DNA of 64,000 nt. It comes from Eledone cirrhosa. Its lineage: Eukaryota. The DNA is taken from positions 10,974,001 to 11,038,000 of the forward strand of contig OZ024753.1 in assembly GCA_964016885.1 (NCBI GenBank). The letters run 5' to 3'. The notes beneath the pieces were generated by a model. It saw only the letters and a list, made by a program, of their open reading frames with translations. It did no database searches and was not told the DNA's origin. This document shows, piece after piece, positions 26,400-40,710 of the stretch (the stretch's first letter is position 1; each line of letters starts with the position of its first letter). Position numbers and translations under genes: made by a program.

Positions 26400-27813
26400 C
26401 TCTAAAGATTGCTCTAGTTCAAACCCCAGGCTAATACTCTATTTATCGATCGTGAAGGAAGATAAAGTTGACCTTGGCTGAAGATGTTCTCAGAACGCAA
26501 GAAAATGTAAAAATAAAATCCTACAAAATATTTAGGCCAATGCTTTAAAGTTTCAGCCAATTCTCACCAAGAAAACCATTACGGCTTAGAGACAATGGAG
26601 ATACTATCTGAAACCAAAGTTGGGACCCTCGTGTTTTCCGGTGAAATTTTAAACCACTAGCCAAAGAAAGAGATAAACAAAAGGAAAACAAATAGCTTTC
26701 AGCTTTTAGACCAAAAGAATGATTTAGTATAAACTGCATATCTACGAAATATTTAAAATTAATGGTTCATTATTTATTTTCAGCAACGTAAGAACTCAGA
26801 CGGGTTCTTAAGGATTTTAAAACCGACCCTAATATTTTTAGTTCAAGTGAAACTATATAAGTCTTTACCTATTTTTAATATGGAACTCTACTCCTTTGCT
26901 GTTATAAGTCTTTCTCTCGTAGAAAAAGAGTCTCTTGTTTTGTTTTTATAAAAAAAGATGAAAATGAGAAAATATTAAAAAGATATATACATACAAATAT
27001 ATACTGAGAAACACGCACACACATAAATACATACAGATATACGCAGAAATACACATATACATACATGCATATAGATAAATGCATACAATCTTTTTTGCCT
27101 GCATCCATCCGAACATACCTGATGGCTGCAAACTCTACTAAGAGTATTGCAATCGCTTATCAGATTATAGAGTTTGGTGCACTTTTAGGCTACGGTCAGC
27201 CACACGAACATGTAACATATCCTGAACAAGCAATGCCTGTGCTTTGAGGGATTTTTGAGTGAGGAAAGGCCTTGCACTTGACCAATCCCACTCTCTGAGC
27301 ATCGAAAACACTACCCGAAAAGGAGAACTGGTTAACATCATCGGATGCTTCCGAAGCCGCAGGTTTTATTTTTCCAGAGTTTCCATCTCCCAGAAAGGTG
27401 TTGTTACAACAACGGAGGACCTTTCACTCCAAGGTGAAAAAAAAAAAAAGAAGTACTATTTGGACGACAGTTGACTCTGCTAAGTTCCTCCGCCCTTTGT
27501 CTGGTCGTGTATTTCCTCCCGCAGGGTGTCCAAACATCACCCTCCTCACCAAGCAAGCAAGACAGGTTGTACTGAATAACATGTTACCAGTAGCGCTCGA
27601 GAGCGACCCGACACACACACACACACGCAATAGTTCACCCATCTATCCATAGAAACACACGCGATGGCTGTCTACTAAGCTGGTGTTGACTATTTAGACA
27701 TGGCACACAGCTCATATATATATATATATATAATGGCAAAATTTGGACAGGGACAAAACAGAGAGGCAGTACAATAAATGTTTATTAATTTCACGCTCAG
27801 GAGAGTGGGGAGT

Positions 27814-27853
<40 letters not shown>

Positions 27854-28114
27854 CGAAGGAAATGTGGTAAAGAACCAGGTGGACCATAACGCACCAAAGT
27901 ACTCAATACTTAGGGTAGTAGAGTGGGTAATAGGAACAAGTAAGACCCCGACGGCTGAGCTCAAGCCGTTTCGACGGCTAATTCTGGACTCAGAATTAGC
28001 CGTCGAAATGGCTTGAGCTCAGCCGTCGGGGTCTTACTTGTTCCTATATATATATATATATATATATATAAGAGAGTATTGAAGTGTGCTTGAAGCATTG
28101 TGGAATAATAAAAT

Positions 28115-28310
28115 GTTCGCTGCATGCCAGGTCCGAACACAGAAGAGCCGAACTCCCACTGTCATCGCCTCCATCTCTCGCGTTCTCTCCATCTCTCTGT
28201 ATTGAGAGCAAATGGGGTCCCACGTGCTGACCGCCCCACAACCCCGGCGGACAACGAAGAAGGCGTTTTCTCGGAGGATGGCAAGGGAGATGCGGTTAGC
28301 CAGCTCAGCG
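28115..28310 (+). repeat. Dispersed GC-rich repeat fragment; copies at 35755-35935 (+) and 58243-58357 (-)
   Basis: Shared GAGCCGAACTCCCA..GCAAAT(G/A)GGGTCC..GAAGGCGTTT..GGTAAGGGAGATGCG. Confidence 0.75.
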
Positions 28311-29192
28311 CCTATGCTGTCTACTTGTGTTCGAGAAGACCACCACTTACTCTATGGATATGATTTGATGTTTAGCATAAGCCATATACGTGGCAGTCGG
28401 TGGCTACGTGTTTCAAAACCGTCAGCAATGCACACGCCACCCAGTCTTAGTCACAATATAGTTTTAAAAGAAAAGGAGGCAATCAGCAATGCTCGCGCAT
28501 ACATTTAAGTCCAATACGCTTGCTGAACTCATAATAACCCTTATACATAATATTGGCACAATCTGGAGACAAGCCATGTCAAAACATCTGGTGTCAATGA
28601 AGGTCATTGGTTCATGAGTGGTGTACGTTGAATCATCATAAACGTCAACTGGCAAGGAATATTCCCCCACAAAACTGTATCAAACCACTCCCTATGTGCA
28701 GACATCCATATACTCAGAATTATTTCCTAGAAATTGGACACTAACAGAGGAGATCATCTTACACGTGTTTTATTTGAATATAGAAATTATTAGAAATGAT
28801 GCAAGTTTTATGAAATCAAAATAAAACATTTTCGAGACATATATATATATTTTTTCTTTTTCACTTCCTATTTTACATTCCATTCTTTCTTCTGAATCTA
28901 CATTTTCTTTTTTCCTTTTTCTATTAAACTGTTTTTATATTATATAGTCCATAAATAAAATTGATTAAAATTCACTTTAAAAATGGTAACTAGGGAAATG
29001 CTGAACGGTGTGAATTTTGGAAGCTAAAATATAGAATGTAGAACACACTGACTACTTGGAAGAAAGTATTGATAATATCTTATATAGTTATTTATGCTAA
29101 ACTTTTAAAACAACGGTTTAAAACGCGGTCGACTGAATTTTGTCTGCATTCGTTCATTTTCTTATCTTCACCCGTATTTTTTATTCATTGTA

Positions 29193-29248
<56 letters not shown>

Positions 29249-29369
29249 CGTGAGAGAGAAGAGAAAGAAACTTAGATATAGAGAGAGGGAAAGATGTGGA
29301 AGGAGAAAGAGAAAAATACATTCGTTTGCCAGATGCCTATTATATGGCTCCCAATTTCATATATATATG

Positions 29370-29415
<46 letters not shown>

Positions 29416-29736
29416 GATACGAGTCCTACTGAACTATTTATTCAAACATTCATATAGTTGAGTTGACGTGGTCTTTAAAATGTAGGAAACAGTGACTTGT
29501 GGTATTTGCTCTGGGTTTCTACATTCTGAGTTCAAATCCCGCCGAGGTTAGCTTTGCCTGTCATCCTTACGGGGTTTCCTGTCGAAACATCAAGACATCA
29601 ACCATCGGAACCCAACTATCTAATATATTTATACTCTACTATCCCCAATATCGAGTTCTCTGCTGAATAAATGGTCTTACTAGTGTAAAACTGATAACCC
29701 TGATCTCTCTTTCTCACTCTCTCCACACACACACAC

Positions 29737-29801
<65 letters not shown>

Positions 29802-30297
29802 TGCTCAATAGGGAGTAACCACATTAAGTTAGGTACTCAATACATTTGTAGAATATATATAACAAACTTTAATATAGATATGGCTTCTACAGGACTATGT
29901 TTCCTGATGATTTCCTTCGAATGAAACAGTTCTAGTCCTATAGAAGCCATTTCTGTTTTAAATTTTGTTTATATATATATATATATATATACACACCTCT
30001 TCCTGAACATGCAAACCCGTTCTTCCCCCAACCCTTGCTTTCACATACACACACACACACACCTACACACAACCTTCAGCCCTTCCCGCTCGGCACCCCG
30101 TCTCCCTCTCCCCACTCCACCACCCCTACACGCCCCACACCCTTCCACCACCTGTTTTACCCCAGTTTATTTTATTTTGATCATGCTTTTATTTTTATTC
30201 TTATTTTCATTTCCACCGTTTCCTCCCACCCCCTTTTTGCTATATGTCTCTCCACCACTCCCCTACACACCCTTTGAACTCTCTTCCCACACACTTT

Positions 30298-30332
30298 TCA
30301 CCTGAAGAAGGGCTTATGCCCGAAACGTCGTT
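30298..30332 (+). ncRNA. Minimal hammerhead motif in a PLE-like 3' end; tail family also at 11720-11800, 27732-27812, 43193-43226
   Basis: CUGAAGA-a-gggc uuau gccc-GAAAC-GUC. Confidence 0.7.
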
Positions 30333-30449
30333 CCCCACCACCAACCCACTCTCAAGAGCGTGAAATTAATAAACATTCGTTGTACTGCCTCTCTGTTTTG
30401 TTCCTGTTAAAATTTTCCATTATATATATATATGTATATATGTATATAT

Positions 30450-30502
<53 letters not shown>

Positions 30503-30505
<3 letters not shown>

Positions 30506-30910
30506 GGAGGTGAGTTTTATTGTAGTACAATAAAGCAATGCAGATATCGGATAAGAAGCACTCTACAGTTTGTGGGACTGGAGTATGCATAATATAAGAT
30601 CAAAAGATGGTTAAAGGAGTTCCATATATTTTATTATGCGCATTTCAAAAACAAACATCATCATGCAATAATATTTGTGTTTTCATCAGATAAAATAGGA
30701 GAACATGATATGAAGGCTAAAAAACACTTGTGGATAGTGCAGTTATGTTGATTTAAAACTGCACTATCCACAAGTGTTTTTTAGCCTTCATATCATGTTC
30801 TCCTATTTTATCTGATGAAAACACAAATATTATTGCATGATGATGTTTGTTTTTGAAATGCGCATAATAAAATACATGGAACTCCTTTAACCATCTTTTG
30901 ATCTTATATT
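30503..30910 (-). mobile_element. Near-perfect palindromic insertion (arms of about 150 bp) with a hammerhead in each arm (30805-30873 + and mirror); second copy at 51235-51660
   Basis: auuuuau-CUGAUGA-aaacacaaauauuauugcaugaugauguuuguuuuu-GAAA-ugcgca-UA-auaaaau; flanked by (TA)n. Confidence 0.85.
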
Positions 30911-30943
30911 ATATATATGTATATATATATGTATATATATATG

Positions 30944-30989
<46 letters not shown>

Positions 30990-31032
30990 ACAAGAAAGTG
31001 TAGATGTTACATAGGAGATTTATTGCTCAATC

Positions 31033-31120
31033 CTGGTTACAAATGTTTCCCAAGCAGCTGGCTCGTGATCTAGGATGGCACCCCAGACCAGACTCCGAAA
31101 CTGCCTGATCCTCAGACCAG
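31033..31120 (-). ncRNA. Type I hammerhead motif with extended stem II
   Basis: cuggu-CUGAGGA-ucaggcag..cugcuugg-GAAAC-auuugu-A-accag. Confidence 0.75.
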
Positions 31121-31363
31121 TGTTAACACAAGTAAAATTACATCAAATCTGGGGACTAACCAGCAAAAACACACATGCATATATATATATATAAACAATT
31201 TTATCCCAGGTTCAGTAAAACCTCAGTAACCTCAGTAAGTAAGGTACTCAATACATAGCAGAGTATAAGTATTTAATATAGAAATGGCTTTTACAGGACT
31301 AGAACTGTTTCATTCGGGAGAAATCATCAGGAAGCCGACTGTCCAAGTAATATGGTGACAGTC

Positions 31364-31414
31364 GGCTTCCTGATGATTTCTCCCGAATGAAACAGTTCTA
31401 GTCCTGTAGAGGCC
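31364..31414 (+). ncRNA. Hammerhead motif, family A, mirrored at 31285-31336 (-)
   Basis: ggcuuc-CUGAUGA-uuucucccgaau-GAAAC-aguuc. Confidence 0.65.
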
Positions 31415-31415
31415 A

Positions 31416-31616
<201 letters not shown>

Positions 31617-31673
31617 CATGCCTATATGTGTGTGTGTTTAAAGCTTACTTATGTTAGTATCTCTCTCTCTCTC

Positions 31674-31704
<31 letters not shown>

Positions 31705-32986
31705 TGTATGTATGTATGTATGTATGTATGTATGTATGTATGTATGTATGTATGGCTGGACTAAAAAATCACACTTGTTCAGCGCATCGGTAGGGGTTCT
31801 CCTACATGGATATAAAGTAGTGCCCGTACTCGAAAATGAGTTGGCAGCCACCATGTATGTGTGTGCGTGTGCGTGTGCGTGTGCGTGTGTGTGTGTTCGG
31901 GTGTATACGTTCTGACAAGGAAGGCACGGTGATGTGGAATGTAAAGAGGCTCGTGACCTTTTTTTTTTTTTTTTTTTTTTCTTTCTGCCATTGTAAATAA
32001 TATTTCTCAGTGCAACAACCAATGGTGAGGTGCTTAGTCAGGGAAACCTAGTTTTCTGTCTGTAACATCATCAAACCATTAAACTGGGTGACAATTTCAA
32101 CTAACGATTATATGACACAATCACATCAACACCAGCAACATTATATTTTTATTGTAATTTTATTTATTTTGGTATTATTTTGTTTTATTTTTTTACAGAC
32201 GTTTTTAGTACATTTTTTTTAATGTTATTTACTTTTTTTCCTAGTGACAGAAATTTAAGAAGATATTTAGAAATATTATTTGATAGCAAATATTATTGTT
32301 TATTTTATTATAATGTTTATATTTTTTATATTTATGTTAATTTTGTCTCGACACAGCATGCTGACAAATGGTAATCGGCTGGTGTCATTTATACATACAT
32401 ATATATACATATATGCATACACATACATTCATATATATATACACATACATACATATACATATATACATATATATATATATATACATATACACTTACATAC
32501 ATACATATATATACACATACATACATACATACATACATACACTTATATACATATATATACATACACTTATATACATATATATACATACACTTATATACAT
32601 ATATATACATACACTTATATACATATATATACATACACTTATATACATATATATACATACATATATACACACAGATACATACACATACATATATACACAT
32701 ATATACATACATATATACATACATATATACATATATACATACATATATACATATATACATACATATATACACATACATAATACATATACACATACATAAT
32801 ACAAATACACATACATACAAATACACATACATACATTCAAATATATATATACACATACAAATATATATATATATATATATATGCACACATACAAATATAT
32901 ATAAATACACATATGTGTGTGTGTGTAAATATAAATATATATAAACTAGTTAGTGGGAGTGTTAATTGCAAAAAGATGAATAAACA

Positions 32987-33047
<61 letters not shown>

Positions 33048-34092
33048 TGCATACATACATAAAATTATATATACGCCGTGATCTTCATTTAATGAACGTA
33101 AGAGGACACCCATCGGTTCAATTTATTCGAACAACGGAACAGCTTAGTCGGTAGATTAATGTTTATGTGGCTAAATACCCCACAGACACGTGTACTAAAT
33201 AGGATTCGTTGAAATATTCAACTTGACACAGCGTATGACAACGGTGACTCTTTGAAAAAAAGAAAAAAAACACACAAAGCAGATACAGCTTCTGTTCGCC
33301 GAATCTCATTTACAAGTCTTGGATCTGACTAAGGTAAAGGGTAAAAAAAAAATTTCAGTCCCGAATGACCGTGGGATTTTGTATTTGTACCTAGAAAGAT
33401 TCCCTTCCGGGGTTCAAGTCTGGTCGAGGTTGTGTTTGTGGATTACTAGTAGTTGCCCACTGGACTGGACTTGATCTTTGCTCTTTAAACTCTGCTTCTG
33501 GTGCCCGAACTTTGTGGAGAGAGGTATCACATGTTAATGCGCAGTCTGCGACTGGCGGAGTTTAGCATCACGAGAACGAAGAAGAGAAGAGGGTAGCTGT
33601 CCATGCATGGCATTGTCCCCTCTTGTCGCTCCACGGCACCGATGTTGTCCATAAAAGCTTGGCAACAGAGACGTCACAACTCATTTCTACATCTGAGTAA
33701 ACACGGAACAACGTAAAACAATGTGTCTTGCTCAAGGACTAGAGCTACGGAAAAATATATTTTTACACAAGACGCCACACTTTGAAACTGAACACACGAG
33801 AAGAAACTGTCATGTGTTGCTAATAATTTAGCCAGCTCAGATAAGAAGAGGGGGGGGGGGATCAATTTAGCGTAGGCTTATAATACAGTGTGGGTGGAGT
33901 GGGGGAGGGGAACACTTGCTCTAAATTTTAGTTATTTTGTTTTGTTTTGGTATTTATAAGCGCATCATGAATATTACATAAACATTTATACGCCCGTCAA
34001 CCATTCAACAATCTTATGCATTAAACACAGTTTACAAAAACACTTAGTAAGCAGTTTGGAACTGGGCTTGTGTGTCAAATGTGGCCGTACGC

Positions 34093-34287
34093 CAGGCATG
34101 TCAAACATACAGCCCGCGGGCTGTATGTTTGACATGCGGCCCTCACAAAAGTTTTTAGAGCGAGCATGTTTTGTCTTCGTAATATAAAATATAAAAAATT
34201 AGTTGCAATGTGCGCGATTAGTTGTCGTGTGTGGCCCTCAGACAACACATATGTGGCCCTCGCGGAACCCTCAGTTTGTCATGCCTG
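34093..34287. mobile_element. hAT-type MITE
   Basis: TIR CAGGCATGTCAAAC / GTTTGTCATGCCTG; degenerate 8-bp TSD CCGTACGC/CCGTAGAC. Confidence 0.8.
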
Positions 34288-34686
34288 CCGTAGACCTTCA
34301 ACTGTCAAGTACTAGGTAGTTATAGTAGTATTATTAATAATTTAACCGGTGAATTGGCAGTATCGGGAGAGGGTCGGACGCCATGCTTTGCAGTATAGAG
34401 TTACGGCCCTTGCCATTTCTGGGTTCAAATCCCGCCGAGGTTAACTTTGCCTTTCATCCTTACGGGGTCGATAAAATAAAGTACCAGTAATGTACTGGGT
34501 ATTTGCTGGCCTTGTGCCAATAGTAGAAACAATTATACAATATATATATATATATATTCTTTTCTTCAAAAACAAACAAAAGCAAAAACAATGTTAGATT
34601 TGTGCAAACTTTCGCTGCCATTTCTAGTATTTGAAACAACCAGTTAGAGACGCCCAAACACGCTCATTGAGTTTGTTTACGTACTT

Positions 34687-34894
34687 TAACCCTTTAGCAT
34701 ATATATTACTCTATATTTACTATTATATTTTCATGGAAAAGGCTTTACCTCACATAATTATCCTCACATACTATTGAATCTATGAGATTTTGATATTTAT
34801 TTTGAGAACAATACCTTAACATCAGTATGAGTGGCCAGTTAAGAAGTGAAAGAATTCTGACCGGATATGGCCGGTTTAAATGCTAATTGGTTAA
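34687..34894. mobile_element. TTAA-flanked piggyBac-like MITE; inverted partial copy at 35185-35375
   Basis: TTAA-CCCTTTAGCAT...ATGCTAATTGG-TTAA. Confidence 0.6.
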
Positions 34895-35131
34895 TGCAAC
34901 GGAGGTTATCTAACGCTTTTTAAGTAATTTTTTTCCGTTATTTGGGTAATAAATTTCCTAGAGTAATTTTTCAGACACAATAGCGTAAATGGTATTTCCA
35001 TGTCTTAATGTGTCTCATTGTTTATTCTGTTACAGTAGAACAAGTAAGAACAACACAACATGTCAAAGCAACGTGAAGGATACACATCCACCGCTTTCAG
35101 TTAGAAGCAAACCATTCTACCGGCAACACTC
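34894..35131. repeat. Local duplication of about 240 bp; second copy at 35938-36177
   Basis: Shared GGTTATCTAACGCTTTTTAAGTAATT..GTCAAAGCAACGTGAAGGATA..CTACCGGCAACACTT. Confidence 0.85.
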
Positions 35132-36370
35132 TTCTGTTTTAAGTCAAGAAAGAAACAAAATATTTTCTATTTACTTTACATTCCTTAACACTTTAGCATT
35201 TAAACCGGCCATATCCGGCCAGAATTCTCTCACCTCTTTCTGTTTAAACTGGCTGTAACCGGCCACTCATACTGATGTTAAGTTATTGTTCACAAAATAA
35301 ATGATATCAAAATCATAGATCCGATATTATGTGAGATAAGTGTGTGAGGTAAAGCCTTCACTATGAAAATATAATTGTTTCTACTTTTGACACAAGGCCA
35401 GCAATTATCCCAGTGTATTACTAGTACTTTATTTTATCGACCCCGTAAGAATGAAAGGCAAAGTTAACCTCGGCGGGATTTGAACTCAGTCCGTAAAGGG
35501 ACGTAACTGTGCTGCAAAACATGGCGTCCGACACTCTACCGATACTGCCAATCCATAATTGTTTCTACTTTAGGCACAAGGCCAGCAATTACCCAGTGCA
35601 TTACTGGAATCCATAATAGTATATAGAGAGTAAAATAAATAGTAAACGGTAAAGAAGAAATGAAACGAAACCCACGTTTAAATAAGTTTCAACCATAAGA
35701 AGATGAAGACAACTAATATTTTCTATATAGATAATAAACACAACCATAAGGATATGCTCCGAACGTGGAAGAGCCGAACTCCCAGTCATCGCCTTCATCT
35801 CTGTCGCCCTCACCCCCATCCCTCAGTATGGTGAGCAAATAGGGTCCAACGTGCTGACCTCCTCACAGCCGCAGCGGACAGATTGGAGAAGGCGTTTCCC
35901 AGGAGAATGGTAAGGGAGATGCGCTGGAAGAGCCATAATGCAATGAAGGTTATCTAACGCTTTTTAAGTAATTTTTTAAAGTAATTATTTGGGTAATAAA
36001 TTTCCTAGAGTAATTTTTCAGTTACAATAGCGTAAACGGTATCTCAATGTCCTAATGTGTCTGATTGTTTATTCTGTTACAGTAGAACGAGTAAGAACAA
36101 CACAACATGTCAAAGCAACGTGAAGGATATGAATTCACCGCTTCAGTTAGAACCAAACCACCCTACCGGCAACACTTAATAAGTCACCGCTATGATGAAA
36201 GGGAATAGAAATACAAATAAAATGGCAGAGAGGCAATACAAACAGTAGGGTCGATCCCACCCAGAGGTTCTTGGCTGGTTTGAAATGAGAGAATGCCATA
36301 TTGATTATTGTTGGGTGTAGTAAAAATAATAAAAACAATGATATCGGTTGATTGAATTTAAATTAAAAAT

Positions 36371-36409
<39 letters not shown>

Positions 36410-36596
36410 CGAAGGTAATGTGGTAAGGAACCAGGTGTACCATAACGAACCAAAGTACTCAATACTTGGGTAGTAGAGTGGGTAATATGAACGAGTAGGA
36501 CCCCGACGGCTGAGCTCAAGCCGTTTCGACGGCTAATTTTAGTCCAGAATTAGCCGTCGAAACGGCTTGAGCTCAGCCGTCGCAGTCCTACTCGTT

Positions 36597-36637
<41 letters not shown>

Positions 36638-36786
36638 CGAAGGAATTGTGGTAAGGAACTAGATGGACCATAACGCACCAAAGTACTCAATACTTAGGGT
36701 AGTAGAGTGGGAAATAGGAAAAAGTATTATAGTCCAGAAATAGCCGTCGAAACGGCTTGAGCTCTGCCATCGGGGTCATACTTTTT

Positions 36787-36825
<39 letters not shown>

Positions 36826-36832
<7 letters not shown>

Positions 36833-37005
36833 GAGGTGTGATGACACACGAGTTGTGATATATTAGTAAAAAGGAAAAGAAAATGCTGACAAATTTTTCC
36901 CAGGAATAAGTATAAATTAATAATATTTATTACTAATTTATACTTATTCCTAATTAAACTATTTTTCACTGGGAAAAATTTGCCACCATTTTCTTTTCCT
37001 TTTTA

Positions 37006-37010
<5 letters not shown>
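36826..37010 (-). mobile_element. Fold-back copy of the extreme 3' end of the Neptune-type PLE (matches 50390-50505)
   Basis: TACTTATTCCTAATTAAACTATTTTTCACTGGGAA.AATTTG.CA.CATTTTCTTTTCC occurs at both loci. Confidence 0.85.
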
Positions 37011-37050
<40 letters not shown>

Positions 37051-37109
37051 TATAAGGATAAGGAAATAAGGAACCAGGATTCAGTGTTGCATCATAACAT
37101 ATTTAATAA

Positions 37110-37197
37110 CATATTACATATGTTTCACTATCGATCAGCTCCAGGCAAGACCTATTATAGATCGAACCTGACTGTCATCGATAGATCGTCAGATATG
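37110..37197 (-). ncRNA. Type I hammerhead motif with extended stem II
   Basis: cauau-CUGACGA-ucuaucgau..aucgauagu-GAAAC-auaugu-A-auaug; all three stems pair. Confidence 0.8.
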
Positions 37198-37244
37198 CTT
37201 GCTATATGAACTCTTCTCCGATTCAGAGAGGGAGGGGGGGAAGG

Positions 37245-37285
<41 letters not shown>

Positions 37286-37851
37286 CTTTCTCTTCCTTCT
37301 CTGTATACGTATAGAATACATACAAGCACACACACATATCTCTCCATCTCTGTCAGTCTCTCTCTCTGTCTTTCCCTCCCTCTCTCTCTGTCTGTCCCTC
37401 CCTCTCTCTGTCTGTCTCTCCCTCTCTGTCTATCTATCTATCTGTCTCTCTCTCTCCTCATATATATATACATATATATATAAGACTGTTCCTCTTTCTA
37501 TGTATGACCATGAAATTGAATGTTGGTATGTGTATATGTGTGTGTGTATGTGTGTGTGTATGTGTATGTATGTGTATGTGTGTGTGCGTATTTACAAATT
37601 GGTTTACCACCCAGTTATAAGATACACACTTACATGCGCCAGTGCACACACTCATGCATAAAACAACACATACATATCTGATGATTGCTTTAGCTTGTCA
37701 GATGACACTCTTGTCAACATCAGCTCGATCCTTTCTGCAAGTCTACACCCTCCCATCTACACAGAGGGGACCATTCAATAGAGCAAAAAAAAAAGGGGGG
37801 GGGGGCAACATCAAATCCCCACTCCCAAGGACTGACAATAATTCAACATAG

Positions 37852-37897
37852 TACGAGAGTGTGCTGAAAGTTTCCTGGACTTGGGTAAAAGAAAATA
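37852..37897 (+). mobile_element. Possible mariner TIR fragment
   Basis: TACGAGAGTGTGCTGAAAGTTTCC resembles mariner-type TIR starts; no partner TIR seen. Confidence 0.35.
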
Positions 37898-38426
37898 GAG
37901 GAAGACGTCCATCCGTCCGCCGTGTGTGTGAATACATTACTGTAAATACAGTTGTTTACTCAACTTCCTAAGTTATATATAGTTAAGTCCTCCTATAGAC
38001 GGGAAAATGTGACCAACGTTTGCTATGAAGTGTAACGCCCCGGAGTGTGTAACGTGATTTGTAGGTTCACCCAGGTAAGCACTCGATGGTTAGGTTCACG
38101 TCAATGGCGAGGTGTACAGTTAGACAGAGTGTAATATAATAACAATATGGAATATAATAACTGTTTCTAATAATTGTCTTTACTGTAGAGTAAATAATTG
38201 TTTCTACTTTTGGCACAAGGCCAGCAATTACCCAGTGCATTACTGGTACTTTATTTTATCGACCCCCGTAAGGATGAAAGGCGAAGTTAACCTCGGCGGG
38301 ATTTGAACTCAGAATGGCCAGGGCCGTAACTCTATGCGTCAAAGGATGGCATCCGATCCTCTACCAATACTGCCAATCCACCGTCCTTGAGTGTAATATA
38401 ATAATACCTGTCATTACTACAACAGA

Positions 38427-38511
38427 GGTCCGACGAGCTTTTGATTCCAGAGTCGGGCCAAATCGATACAGATCAAACCTTGAGCTGAGCAGTAGCGAAA
38501 CGCGCGTCACC
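38427..38511 (+). ncRNA. Type I hammerhead motif (CCGACGA core, palindromic stem III ACGCGCGU); partial relative at 62826-62870 (-)
   Basis: ggu-CCGACGA-gcu..agc-GAAAC-gcgc-GUC-acc. Confidence 0.7.
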
Positions 38512-38746
38512 AATATAAACGTAATGAAGGCTTAGATAATCGTCCTTGTATTATTATATACATTATATATAATTAGCAGTATCGGTAGAGGGTTGGACGC
38601 CATGCTTTCTAACATAGTTACGTCCCTTTATGGTCTGAGTTCAAATCCCGCCGAGGTCAACTTTGCTTTTCATCCTGACGGGGTCGATAAAATAAAGTAC
38701 CAGTAATGTACTGGGTAATTGCTGGCCTTGTGCCAAAAGTAGAAAC

Positions 38747-38806
<60 letters not shown>

Positions 38807-39262
38807 ACTAGAAATTGATTAACATATATATAAACATGAATTATCCCAGTACATTACTGGTACTTTATTTTATCGACCCCGTAAGGATGAAAGGCAAAGT
38901 TAACCTCGGCGGGATTTGAACTCAGAATGGCAAGGGCCGTAAAGCATGGCATCCGGGTGATATGGCGCATGCCTTTCTGGCATGACACCCATAATTTTGA
39001 TTTAGATTAAATTCATTTAATTTATCTTAATTTTGTATATATATATATATATATATTATATTATATTTTGAGAATAAACTCTCAGTCGTTTACAATAATT
39101 AAGCTCCAGGAAGGGGCTCTTCCGAGCAGTTAAATACATTTAAAATATATGATAAACACGAAATGTGTTTACATTGCAACAGACAAAGTTAGCTATTAAT
39201 GAAATAAACTAATAAAAGTGAATACAATTTGTCTGTCTCGATATAAGTCAATAAAGACAAGC

Positions 39263-39305
<43 letters not shown>

Positions 39306-39624
39306 AGAGTTGCAATAAATGCGTCCGGAGGCGGTATGCCGTTTAAGCACTCTATCCTCACGCAGTGCAGAGTATATTATTATAAGTAACGAGGAATCAG
39401 TGATGCTCTGCATCATTGATTCCTCCTTATCTATAATATATATATATTTATATATACATATATATATTAGAAAGTGAGGTTTTTTTTACAAAATGAAAAA
39501 TAACCGAGGTGTCCTACACGAGTGGAAGTATAAAGAAAAAGAGATGAAATCGAAAATGCAACTGAAGTCTTATTTTTTTTAAAAATATATATATTTATTA
39601 TATATACATACATATATATATATA

Positions 39625-40170
39625 TACAATATATTAATAAATGGAAACTATATTTATAAACCATAATTATTTTATATATATTTCAAGGACAACCAAGGCA
39701 ATTTTGGTGCGCTTTCATCAGATAAAATACAAAATATGTTTTATAAATGTTGACATACCCGTAGACGGTTGGAGGTTCGCTGGATAGTGGAAACAATTTT
39801 TTATTGAGGGTGATTCAAAGTATAATTTAAATAAACGGTTGTTCTTTCAATTTTTTCGGACATTCATTTGCATACTCACACATAACTTTGAATTACCCTC
39901 AATAAAAAAATGTTTTCCACTATCCAGCGAACCTCCAACCGTCAGGGTTGTTTTTCTACGGGTATGTCAACATTTATAAAACATATTTTGTATTTTATCT
40001 GATGAAAGCGCACCAAAATTGCCTTGGTTGCCCTTGAAATGTATATAATAAAATAATTATGGTTTTATAAATATAGTTTCCTTTTATTAATATATTGTAT
40101 ATTTACTCCAGTAAACTGTTGAGTGCTTTATATCAGTTATAAAACGTTTAAGCTTGTTGAATCCCAACAA
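39625..40170 (+). mobile_element. Long fold-back insertion (arms of about 210 bp) with hammerheads at 39992-40054 (+) and 39668-39728 (-)
   Basis: auuuuau-CUGAUGA-aagcgcaccaa..uugguugcccuu-GAAA-uguaua-UA-auaaaau; bulged hairpin at 40105-40126. Confidence 0.85.
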
Positions 40171-40187
40171 ATTAAATATAACCTCTG

Positions 40188-40263
<76 letters not shown>

Positions 40264-40667
40264 TGTGTGTGTGATTGTGTAAGTATGTATATATATTTAT
40301 ATATATATATATATATATATAATGTGTGTGTATGTATGTATGTATGATTATAAATGTATATATCTGTATGGACATTTGTATATACTGTATATATGTGTGT
40401 ATATAAACCAGGATTTTTCATTCTGAGGATTGAAAGCAAAACCTTTTGCTTTTAAGAAACCACTGGTAAATGGAATAATTGCCTTATGTTGTTTATTACA
40501 TAATAATAATATACTGTATATATATATATATATAACAAAGGAAATGTGGTAAGGAATCAAATGGACCATAACGCACCAGTGTACTCAACACTTAGGGTAG
40601 TAGAGTGGGAAATAGGAAAAAGTGTGACCGCCGAAATGGCTTGAGCTCTGCCGTCGGGGTCATACTT

Positions 40668-40710
<43 letters not shown>

